Part shown: piece by piece, positions 52,926-64,000 of the stretch
How positions within the stretch are numbered: position 1 is the stretch's first letter
Layout: each line of letters opens with the position of its first letter
DNA from: Lama glama
Taxonomy: Eukaryota
Length of the DNA stretch: 64,000 nucleotides
Reading direction: 5' to 3'
Assembly (NCBI GenBank): GCA_028534125.1
Contig: CM052817.1
Location: 3,722,001-3,786,000, forward strand
The notes under the pieces: generated by a model
The model's input: only the letters and a program-made list of their open reading frames with translations
What the model was told of the DNA's origin: nothing
Database searches by the model: none
Translations under genes and position numbers: made by a program

Positions 52926-53561
52926 CTTAATCATTGTGAATGGAGAAGGGAAAAGAGGGAAAGGAGGGGAAATTTCATTAAGACACAGTATGAAACACAT
53001 ATTCTTGTTTCATTTTTCACTGAAAAGTCAGATCGGTTAGGTCTACAACCCGCTGGAGACCTTAAGTAGTCACTAAAAGCGGACACGGTCGGGTCAGCCC
53101 GCCAGGCGTGTGCAAGGGACATGCTGGGCCAGTCTAAAACTCTTCCAACAGACTGTTAATGAGTTAAAAAAATGTAGGCCAGCAAAACATACATTCTTGT
53201 TACCCAACCATGAGACATTCACTCAACAAATACACACTCATGCCCGTGAGTGACGGGCCCCGGGAGCACGGGAGAGGAAGAGCGCAGGGTCTGAGCTCTC
53301 AAGCGTGAGCGCCGTGGGGAGGGAGACAGACGACGCACCAGGCATGTGTTCACAGGACGGATGAACGAGCGGTTTCAGGCGTGAGGAGGGCAATGAGGAA
53401 ACAAACAGGGCAACATCCGTCCTGTTCTTCCTCGACTCAGCAGCAGAGCAAACCATCCATGGAACAGGGGGAGAAGGGGGCTAGTCGTCTGACTGGGTCA
53501 GTGGCCCACAGGATGGGATGGGCTGTAAACTGGACTTAGAAGGAATCAAATCGTTCAGTCT

Positions 53562-53735
53562 AAGGGCTCTCAACCCTGGTTTCACATTCAGATCAGTGGG
53601 GGAGCCTTAAGGGAAGTCTGGAAGCCCAGGCCAGCGCCTGACACCGACTGCATTGGTCTGGGGCAGGGTCTGGGTATTAGCATTTTTTGAAAAGCTCCCA
53701 GGTGACTCGAGACACAGCCAGGGCTGAGATGCTCC
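53562..53735. mobile_element. MER5-like hAT-Charlie MITE
   Basis: 'ctctcaaccctggtttcacattcagatca...ttgaaaagctcccaggtgact...cagccagggctgaga' resembles MER5A/B. Confidence 0.7.
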
Positions 53736-56700
53736 CACTTTCACCCAGATCAGCCCCCATTCCCCTCAAGGCGTCACTACAGAAAAGGCAGCCGGAGTGG
53801 AAGCACCCTGACGTCCCTGTGTGCCAGGCCTCTGCCGCACAGCTGGAAGAGAAGGCCCACCCCCGGAGGGTCCCGGCAGCGGCAGGGCCGGCTCTGTGAC
53901 TGTGGGCCCTCCTCCCAGTGGGGCGCAGCCTGCGCCAAAGGGAAGGTCACCTGGGCCCTGCCTGCCTTCCCACCATGTACCCTCCATGACCTCTAGTTCT
54001 CACAGCCCTAGGCCCTCAAACTTCCTAATTTAGGGTCATTAAAAAAAATCCAGGCTCTGGGATTAGACAGACGTTAGCCGATTCCTGCTGGCACTATGTA
54101 CTTGTGATGTAAGTTGGGCCAAATTACTGGCCCTATTGGAGCCCCAGTTCCCTCGTCTCTGTAACAAGGTTCCCATTTGCCCTCACAGATTTCTGTGCAG
54201 GTTAAGAGATGAGGTGTGTGCAGCCTCAAGTACAAGGCTGGCACACTCGGTAACATCTTCCACAGCTGCTAGCCTTGGGCTTGGGGCCTGTCCGCTGCAG
54301 GATAGCGGGGGAGGACGCCCTGCACTGTGATGAGGCGGGGGACCCCGTGCATCCGTTCTGGGCCACCGCCTTTCCCTGGCTGGCCCACCAAGCTCTCATC
54401 CACCGGGCGCCGCACCACATCTGGTGACCACTAGTACTTGGCGGGGCAGGCAATGACTTCCTTGACTAGGATATGCCCACAGGTGGGGTGGGACCCCTCC
54501 CAGCCCTCCTCCTCCTCCTGCTTTAGGAAAAGGGGTCTGCGGCGCTGCAGGTGTCGGGGCTTTCACGACCCTCAGGTGGACAGCTCTCATGTTCCCGGTG
54601 TGACTACGTGCCATGCCTGTTCTAAGCACTTTGGTCTTCACAGCCCTCCTTTAAGGAGGCATTATTTTTAGCCTCTTCCTTACTAACACAGACAATGGAG
54701 ACACAGAAAGCCCCAGCTGGTCATTGCCCAAGGCCTAGCGTCGGGTATCGGAAGCACTTGATTCCAGTTCAGTTTCGTCTCCTGAGCACTTAACTGTGAT
54801 CTATACCGTCTTCCTACGGGGCTCTCTAAGACTAAAATAACACAAACACAACGAGCCTTCCAAACATTTCGAATCCAGCATATGAACTCTGGAGCTGGGA
54901 GCTCAGGACGGGCCTGCCGTGGCGCACGTCTGCAGGGCCTGCGTGGTCTGGCTCCGCCGCCTGGCTGCCCTTGCCGCCCCTGCCCTTCGGCACCGATCAG
55001 CTTTGCCAGGCACCCCGGGGCCACACCAAGGGCACCCCTGGTCCTGCCCCAGCTGGTGCTCCTGCCAGCACCTCTCCCTGCAGGTAGCCCCAGCTGTCAA
55101 GTGGCTTGTGCCCTGATTCCTCAGGTCCCTGCTCAGACATCACCTTATCAGGACGGTGGGGACGAGGTCTGCGTGCCTCTGCGTTCCCAGCACCTAGGAC
55201 AGCGCCCAGCACAAGGTAAGTGTGCCAGAAATACCTGCAGAATGGGTGTGTGTGGACACACAGCGAGGTGGGCAGTGGCTGGGCTTTCGTGCTGGAGGGA
55301 CTCCCACACTGCTCTGGGGCCGGGCCAAACGGCCTCACTGAAAAAAAAGGGGGCAATCCTCCTCCTCCCCAGGGAGGCCGGGGGCTCCCAGGTGAAGCCA
55401 TGACTCAGAGCAGCACAGGCGTGTTATTAATCATGAGCAATGTCAGAAGCTTCTGGAGCGGGGACCAGAGTCGGCAGTCGCGTCTGCTGAGTGGGTGAGC
55501 GACCACCTGCTCTCCGGGTTAACCTCCTCCTGAGACTACACGCGCCCCTACCCCACAGGCTGAAAGAATGATGCTCCATGACGTCACTGCAAGGCGACTG
55601 TGCAGGGGTTTAGCCCACAGTTGTGAGGTAAAGGTCACTCAAAAGCCGGGTTACCGTCATTCACCACTGAGAGTTTCTTTACTCTCCACTGCACAGCTGG
55701 CTTTAAAAAGCACCTCGTACTAACAACCATTACAGCGCCCACCGACGGGCTGCACAGATAGCCCCGACCTAGAGCTAAGGGCTGGAAGGGAGTCCTCACT
55801 AGTGACAGAAAACCGGCCTCACGCTGCCAGGACAGCCTGCGACACGGTAACGAAGCACGAACTGGGCACCCAGCGGAGACAGCTGCTGGAGAGAGCAAAG
55901 CTTCTGGACCACGAGAAGCCAGCCTGGACTCAGGGCTGAGCTTAATAGCTAAATGCCTGATTCTGGGCAAATCCCTGAACCTGAGACTCGGCCTCCTCAT
56001 CTGAAACAGCGGTGACATCTCCCAAGGGTTTTGTGGGTTGTATAAAACATTGAGAGCACCTTGTAAGTAATGAAGAAGCAACCCAAGTGTTAGCTATTGG
56101 TAGAGCAACAGGCCTTTAATAATGCTGTTTAGTAAACAAAGATGTTAATAAAGAAGACTCTGCCCTGTACTCTCGTCATGACTCAGCCAAGGTTTGGGGA
56201 GGAGGAAGGCAGGGTTTGGGGAGCCATTTCTGTGCCCACAGAACAAGCAAACAATCCCAGCCTGCCTCCTGCCACCCCGTCAGCTGAGGGAGGCCAGGCT
56301 GGAAGGAAGGCCAGCAAGGCATCTGGGGCCTGGGGCGGCGCAAGGGCGCTCTGGGCAGGAGGGCCACCACCGGCCCCAGGTTAACTCTAATGAGCTGACG
56401 AGACGCACACACGTGAACATGCAGACAGTAACAAGCGATTAGCTGCCCTCAGGGTCTGACCCGGGACACTAATAAATACACCCTGCAGCTGACAGAAGCC
56501 CGGGACCAGCGGTCCGCGCACACTCGGCCTCCCGAACCGACTGCTCAGGTTGCCTCCTTAGTCCCACACTTAGCCCCAAACTTCAGATCAAAGTTTTTTT
56601 TATAGCTTCTGGGTATGTCCACCTAGGAGGCTCACAGACTAAACCTGCTGCTGTCCCCGGGCCCTCTCTACCTGGCCTCCCCAAACCCCCTCCTGCTATT

Positions 56701-57390
56701 CACTCCTCACAGACAGGCATTCACCAAACTCTGGCACCCTCTGCAAAACCTCTCGATGCTATTCTGTGCTCTCCATCCCCAAAGGGGCTCTAGCCCAGGC
56801 CTTCCTCCTGTCCCACCTAGATCACGGCAAGGGCCTGAGTAGGCGCCCTTCAGTTTCCCTTGCCCTTCCCCACTCCAGTCTGTTGCTAGGATTGTTTTAA
56901 GACACACACCTGCCACGACACCTCCAGTCGAGATCTCTTCTGTGGTCTCCTCTCCTGCCTGTCTAGCTCCACCTCACTCAGCACAACCCCGAGCCCTAAC
57001 CAGATCCGCTCGCCCCCCGCCAGCCTTTCCTGTCTTGCGACAACCCGGTTGGGCCCAAAGGGCCCCTGCTCCCCACCAGCCTGTGCTCGGGCTGTTCTTC
57101 TCAGGGGGACCCCGATCCCCACCTCCCCACCTGGGCAGCTTCCTGCCTAAACACAGGGAGTGTGTGGGGCCTGTGTGTCCAGGCCCCTCGCCACCTCAGG
57201 CTGTGGTGAGTGTCAGAGCAGGGTCCAGTCCTCAGTCATCTCTGTGTCCCCAGTTCCTGACAAACTCCAGCTGCACAGAAGTCCCCTGGTAAACGTTTCT
57301 TGGACTGAGATTCACAGCAGAAGAATTTACTGCTCTTAACGACCAGACAGCTGAGTGAACGAATGAGTGACCCAATACAGGCCTCCTTAC

Positions 57391-57499
57391 CTTCACACTC
57401 TGACGCAGGAAAAAGAGGAGAGTACAAGGCTTTTTCCCACCAGGTCTGTTTTTCTTGACTTCTATTCATTCCTTGTACATCAGTGTTCAATACAGGCAA
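57391..57499 (-). CDS. KIAA0232: KIAA0232 internal exon, 109 nt (LPVLNTDVQGMNRSQEKQTWWEKALYSPLFPASECE)
   Basis: Acceptor ...cctaaacag|TTG, donor AAG|GTAAGG; phase 0 to phase 1; matches the recalled KIAA0232 protein. Confidence 0.93.
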
Positions 57500-59239
57500 C
57501 TGTTTAGGTTAAACCAAATACAGAAAAAGTTTACAAACTTTCAAAACAAAGAAAAAAAATTCAAGCTTTATTACCTATGGATTACAAACCCAGGACTTTT
57601 AAATTGGTGGGGTTTTTTGTTTGTTTTTTCCTGCTCTAGACAAGGTGAATAAAAAAGCCAAAGTGTTCACAGCCTATAAGGGAAGTTTCTCTTAAGATGC
57701 TTTTACATTGGAAATGAAACAAAAAAAATCTTTCTAAAAAATACAACAAAACTCCATAAGGGAGGCAAAAACGTAACAGGAAATACACTCAGGTAAAGCA
57801 AATTCCTGGATTTTGGAAGTGCAGAGAGAGAACGGGGTAGCCCAATCCTCCACTAGTGTGAGGGGCCCTAGAGAAACAGGGAGGCCCCTCTGCTCCTTCA
57901 CACATTCAAGCAGGAGGGAGTCAAAGAGAAAATGGAACAGAAGGAAGTAACTCTATAAATGAGTTAACAACCTCATGTCTTTTACAGCAGAATTATCTGC
58001 TTTGGTGAGAACCAGAAGGAAGCTGAGACTAAAACCAAATAATAAAGCTGACAGTAACTCAAATTCAAAACAGGAAACAGACATTGAAATGAGAGGAGGG
58101 CAGGACTCCTGACAGCAGGAGACCCCATGCTCCGAACATGACCATGGCCCTGGCGGCGTGGAAGACACTCACGTCTGGGAGACCCAAGTTCGAACTGAGG
58201 CTCCATCCTTTATTGGCTGAGCTCCCAAATCCCAGCTGGACCTCACCCACCTGCCTGGGCAGTGAGGACAAGATGCAATGTGGCTAGTGTCCCTCATGAT
58301 CAAGGAGTGTCCTCATGAGTGGTCATTAGAAGATGTGGCCCTCTGCGGCCATCACAGGTAAACCCTGGTTTGCTGGGGGTTGGGGCAACCTCTTCACGTT
58401 CCCTCCACGCTGTGCCTGATGCCAGGCCCTCCCAGGGTAAGGCCTGGCATGGGCATCTCTGTACCTCCCACAGCCGCTCAGTCTCAGCAAGTGTCTGCTC
58501 AGTCAGCGGACAGGACCTGTCAACACTGCCTGCATCTTTATTGTTCTACAAGACATTTCATTATGTATTCAAGTTTAAAACCTGAACTATCTTAGCAACT
58601 AATGATCTTCAATTCTCTAATAGGATTTTGTTATCTCTTATAAAGTATTTTTTATTAAAATTTTTTTGATTCAGTAATTTTTTTATTACTTAACTAAATG
58701 GGAAATGCATTTCAAATTTTCATTTTCACTTAACTTTTCAGACATACTCCTAAATTAAAAACCGAAGGAGAACTGTACTATCTACCCAGAGTGGTCAGTT
58801 AACTTTCACCATTTTCTCCTGCGGGTTATTCTAACAATAAAAATTAGTAAAGTTATTACACAAACAGGTAACAAGGCCAACAGCGCCGACAAGGCCAGGC
58901 TTAATGCAAATAAAGCCAGCAATATGCAAGGTCTGCAGTTAATTCAAGGTGATTACTGCATTCGGCACGTAATTCACAGCACCGTGAAACCGTCCTGGAA
59001 AGGCCTTGCACTCTCTTCCAAGGCAGACCTATTCTGTGGGAAGATTACGTAGTCTGCTCAAGGTGAGTAAGGACGTCGCCTGGACAGAACTCTGTCCATC
59101 ATCCCCAAGGCACTACTGAGGAGATGGATTTGAGGGTAACAAGTTCTTACTTGAGAAAGAAAATGTCTGGGGGCAGGCAGTGGAAGGACCAGAGCTTTAT
59201 TCACATGAGTGTAATGAGATTGCTTATCTTTTAATTCTT

Positions 59240-59371
59240 TAAAAAAAAAAACAAAACACGGGGGGTGTAATTAGGTTTATTCATTTATTTTTTAATGGAG
59301 GTACTGGAGACTGAACCAGGACCTCATGTATGCTAGGCATGCTCTCTACCACTGAGCTATATCCTCCTCCC
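59240..59371 (-). mobile_element. tRNA-derived SINE (camelid vic-1-like)
   Basis: Reverse complement reads gggaggaggatatagctcagtggtagagagcatgcctagcatacatgaggtcctggttcagtctccagtacctccattaaaa...cctaattac; same family as the copies at 31938 and 35382. Confidence 0.88.
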
Positions 59372-62252
59372 TTAATCCTCTCTTGAGACCGTGAGAATGG
59401 GGCAAAGGGTAAGAAAAAGGAGAGCACTCATCAGGATGGCAGGACATGGTGGGGCAAGCAGGCTGGAAGGGTCAGGGTTCAGCTGGGGGGCTGGGTCAGC
59501 ATGAACAGGAGGAGGTCAGATCCAGGCGGAACAAGGCGGTGAGCTTCTGCAGAGCAGGGGCCAGGTCTTATTTACCTTTGCATCTCCAGAAACAGGGCCC
59601 AGAACAAAGCAGATGCTCAGTGTCTGCCAGCCTTAAGAAGAGGTTCCACCTGTCGAAGTCCCTGATCACTGAGCACACCACTCTCTCCCCCTCTCTCTCC
59701 TGCTCACACCATCCGATCACGCCAGCTTCTGGCACAGTTTTAAGATCTGAGTGTCAATTCCAAGGGCAGGGACTGACTTACCCCGTTTTACACTGCACTG
59801 AATACGGAGTCAATGAATATACATTATTTTGACATATTTCCGCTTAGTTATTTCCAACTTTTAGGCTACAAAGATGACCATGCTTTGCTTAAATAGTGTT
59901 TAATGTATTAATTCAACTTCTGGTTTAGCTGAGAATGAAAAGAATGCAGAAAGAATGGAGAAACAGGAGAAGAGAACAGAGCACAACTTGGGATGACCTG
60001 GGTGCCCTTCTGCCTCTGTCCCGCTCCCCTCTGCCTCCAGACAGCTGGTTGGCTCACTTTCCACCTGCAAGCCCTCCTTAAAGTTGCACCTTTGCGAGGA
60101 AGCCAACCCTGATACCGTGGTTCCCGTGGAAACTCCTCCAAGCACCCCCGCCCCCCACACCCCTTATCCGGCTCTTCTTTTCCACGGCACTGGTGTCCTA
60201 GCACACTCTGTCCCTTCACGTTGCTCACTGCACGCACCTCCACAAATGCAGGGATCTTGGTCTGTTCCTTTATGCCCAGCACCTGAACTTAGTAGGCTCT
60301 TAGTATTTGATGAATGAATGAAACAATGAAAAAAAGGAGAGGACATGGACTTAACCCAGAAAACCTGACCAGAAATGTCTTCAGCAACAGACGTAATACT
60401 CAGCAATTCTTTAGAAGACGGAAGTTAGGCGAAGGCTCACTGCTTTAAATTTTCACTAACTATTCTTAGTTCAGGTTAGAATTCAGAAGGGAAAGGTTGG
60501 GTATTCCTCCTTGGGTTTTACTCTGGGAACAGAACCCTGAATAGTGCCCCCTTGCCACAGTCAGTTCTCTGTTACTTGGGTCACAAAAGGAAAAGAAAGC
60601 CTCCCTTGTTCTTTGGAAGAGGAGAAAGGAAACATAAATGGAGAGATACGTGTGCTACAGAGACAAGAGACACGGCACTGACCGTCATGAAGTTAGGGAA
60701 GGACTCGGGCTCTGGGCCTCCGTGTCCTCAGCGGTCACGAGGGTAAATGAACCACCACAGAAAGTCACTATGGGCACTCAGGAGGATGATGGTGACAAAG
60801 CAGAGTTGGCACAGGGCCTGGCAGAAGCCGGCTGGTCGCCATCCCCCAGGGTGGCCTTCACACCTACTCCTCAGGGCCTTCTGACTCCCATGGCCCTTGT
60901 CTGCCGGGCAAAACGGCCTCTTCTCCTGGACGAGGCCATGAATTCCGGAGGACGAGACCAGGCTTTGTGCTGCTTCCCTGCACCTTAAAGCGCACGGCAC
61001 GGAGTCAGCAATCACGCCAATGACAAAGAGCACACCTCTGCCACCAATCTGTGCACAAGTGGATGCCAGTGGCACACTAGGCTCCTCACCTGTCACTGCG
61101 AACTTCAGAAGCCATGACTTAACTGTTGGCACCTTTCCTGAACACCTGAGAGATTTCAAGCCTCTTTATCCTCGTGTATGCTATTCCTTCTGCCTAGAGC
61201 GTCCTGCCCACTCCTTTCTGCCCTGGACGCTCAGGTATGTTCAAAAAGCCTTCCTCAGCTCTCCCAGGGTGGCCCGGCTCTCCTCTGGGTTCCCGTGGCT
61301 TCCTGTACCCACCTTCCCCACGCCACCTACCATGGTGCTTAAAACTATGTTGGCCCAAATGCCCTAAAAGGTAAGGAACTGCCTAGGAAATTCTGGTACA
61401 TCAACACAAAGGAGTAGTATGCAGAAAGTAAAAAAGGAAGTGTAATTATAGGAAAGTGCCATTTCAGTTTAAATAAACAGGAGAAAACAAATGTGAACAT
61501 GTATTTATTTATATCTGTATACAGTGTCCTTGGAGGGTACACCCCAGGGCCCACACTGGTGGTTGCTGCTGGGAGGGGGGGAACTGGTTCACCATGCATA
61601 TACCCTCCTGTAACCTCTGAATTTGAACCATGGGAGTGAATTACCTATTTCAATGAAAATAAATGATCTGTTCAAATTGGTCTTCATGACCAGCCTGAAT
61701 TCTCTCAGGGCAGGGAGAGTGTCTTGTTCATTCAGGGCCTCTCATCTCACAGATGGACATGGACAGCTCAATGTTTAATGAATGTTTTGCTGAATTGAAC
61801 TGAACCAAAGTTTTGAAAAGAATCATAATTTATGTTCCTGGGCACCAATTCTTCTGGAAATCCTACATTTTAGACCTCTTGCTCTGAAACAGGTTGGCAA
61901 CCAGTGACTTTTAAAACAGGGCTTCCAGATCGCCGTTTGTAAAGACTGTCCTCACTCATGAAAGTTGGGGAGAAGACCCTCACAGGAACTCCCCAAGACT
62001 GACAGGCACCATGAGAGTGAAAAGGCACAGATTCTAGTCCCAGTCTGGCCCCAAACTGTCCCTTAAGGCTCTCTCAACCTTTCTGCACCTCAGATGAATC
62101 TGAAGCAAGCTCCGCCCTGGCCCCGAACATAAGTGACGCTGCTGAGGCCCACAGCAGCCGGCCTCTCAGCTCAGTGTCCTCTGAGGACGTCACTGGCAGC
62201 TAAGACCTTCCGAGACAACCCAGAACTCTGTAACATCAATACATCAACATAC

Positions 62253-62324
62253 TAGAAAGCGAAGGAATATGGCAGTGGTATGATGCAGAATCTCGCTTCT
62301 TTCCTCTTTTTCTTTCTTCCCCAT
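62253..62324 (-). CDS. KIAA0232: Candidate in-frame 72-nt cassette exon of KIAA0232 (MGKKEKEERSEILHHTTAIFLRFL)
   Basis: Long pyrimidine-rich tract ending ttccag|A, donor CTA|GTATGT; 24 open codons, phase 0-0, matching the host intron phase. Confidence 0.45.
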
Positions 62325-63760
62325 CTGGAACCAGGTAAAATACAAAGTACGTGAAGGAACATTTAAGGATGAAAAGTGGGGCAAGAAACAAACAGGTAAA
62401 GCTAACAACATTGTTTCTTTGTTCCGAGCAGTTCACATTTCAGTGTTTCCATGGGATTCAATGCATGTCTCTTTAAGGACCCCCAGGCAAGCTAATCACT
62501 GCAGTGACTCTTCAGTCCCCTGGGGGCTTCCCCCCACCACTTGCGCACAGGTCCACACCTGGGCACAGACCGGCCACCAGTAAGGCATGATCCTAGCCAC
62601 GAGGAGCTTGTAATCTAACAAGAGAAAGTACATAAATAACTCATGAAAAATAGCAAGTGCAATTAAAAAAAAAGAGGCATAAAGCACATAAAAATTATAA
62701 GAAGGGAGAAATGACTTCTGATGTGGGTGGGGGTGGAGCAGGGGAGAGAAGAGGAATGAGGGACGCAGCAGTGAAGGAAATGGGAGCTGACGGGGCCTCA
62801 CGGTGTGGGCAGGACCCAGAGGGGCCCAAGATGGGTGGGCTGTGCAGGAGGACAGAGGGGAGGGAGGGGACACGCTGCTGCTCTCCGGCTACAGGTGGCG
62901 GGACTTCTAAACACCTCTAGTGGTCTTTTTAATAAACTGCCCCTGGAACAAAGCCAGGCACTGCCGCATCAAATAGTGGCTGAGAAATGGGCTGATTGCT
63001 ATGCTTTTTGGTCAAACAGGTTACAGCCTTAAATGTTATTTCTTGTAAACTCAATTTAAACTCAAATGACTTCTTAGGAATAATCAAATGGTATAGTGAC
63101 TCCCATTAACAAAAAGATCATTGTTAGCCTCACTTGATAGACTTACCCGTGTAATTCACGTAGCTTCAGGAATATGCACTTTGTATAAAGCAAGGTAACA
63201 TCTGTTCTGTAGAAGTTACTTTTTGCATTCGGATTGTGGGTTAATTTTTACACATACTACAATATATTTTAGAGAATTCTATATAGATATAATTTATTTT
63301 ACATAAAAAACATAAGTTTCAATGAAGGAATCAATGTTTCAGAGGCAGATGGGCTTGCTACTTAAAGAAACCCTTCCCTGCCACTTCTGAAGAGCAAAGG
63401 GCCTTCTGAAGAAGAAACAACCACCTCCTGATTCACTGACTTTGAGAGCTGGAGCACTCACATATTAGATTTTGCTTTAAGCATAGTACATGCACATTAA
63501 GACATCACATAAAAATCTTATATCCTGTGATTTATTTAAAAATGTCTTTTCTCTGCAGAAAATGTCTGTCTAGTTCAAATTTATAAATATCAAATCCATT
63601 TTAAGTCCTTATGTAAAATCGTAAGAATCCTAAGTTTTATGACATTTAAGCCAAAGTCCCAATAATTTAACCCAAAACTTCACTGCCTGAAATGGCTGTT
63701 CTTTAAGATTAAAGTCTGATCAAATCCTTTTATCAAATACCAATACATACTGACACATAC

Positions 63761-64000
63761 CTCATCCAGCTGTCCTGAAGAAGCTGGGTTATCTTCATAA
63801 GCAGGCAACTGACAACCTGCTTTGCAACTGCAAAAATTATTAATTTCTTCCTCACATTGTGCCATTATTTTACAATTTGCTTCTGAGCTTTCTAGATCAA
63901 TTTCCAGAGCGTCATTCATGTTACACTCCAAACACGGATTCTGCTTTCCTCCTGGCAGAATCCCAGCTGATTCCTCCTGGGAATCCAGTGATGTCTGAGC
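63761..64000 (-). CDS. KIAA0232: 3' end of a large KIAA0232 coding exon (…AQTSLDSQEES…CEEEINNFCSCKAGCQLPAYEDNPASSGQLDE); continues beyond the window
   Basis: Frame is open for 80 codons up to the window edge; donor GAG|GTATGT, phase 0; matches the recalled KIAA0232 protein. Confidence 0.93.

Overview
Mammalian genomic DNA, most likely from a camelid (inferred from three vic-1-like tRNA-derived SINEs and artiodactyl-type L1 3' ends). Two genes lie in tandem on the minus strand. (1) The 3' end of KIAA0232: the end of a large coding exon at 63761-64000, exons 57391-57499 and 52828-52925, the last coding segment 50629-50808, and a ~2.3 kb 3' UTR ending at a poly(A) signal near 48372. (2) The 5' end of TBC1D14: a CpG-island promoter at ~29950-31400 with two candidate non-coding first exons, coding exon 2 at 20970-21705, and intron sequence from 20969 to the window start. 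The rest is intronic or intergenic DNA rich in old L1, L2, MIR, hAT (MER3/5/20) and LTR remnants. Nearly all listed ORFs are chance or GC-rich artefacts. I found no evidence of a new multi-gene system. The best leads are regulatory: a spliced uORF whose stop codon overlaps the TBC1D14 start (ATGA), a 20-bp GC-box/G4 tandem repeat between the two first exons, a candidate in-frame 72-nt cassette exon and a candidate poison exon in KIAA0232, and an internally deleted L1 copy flanked by one target-site duplication. Gene and repeat names come from recalled sequence similarity, not from database searches.
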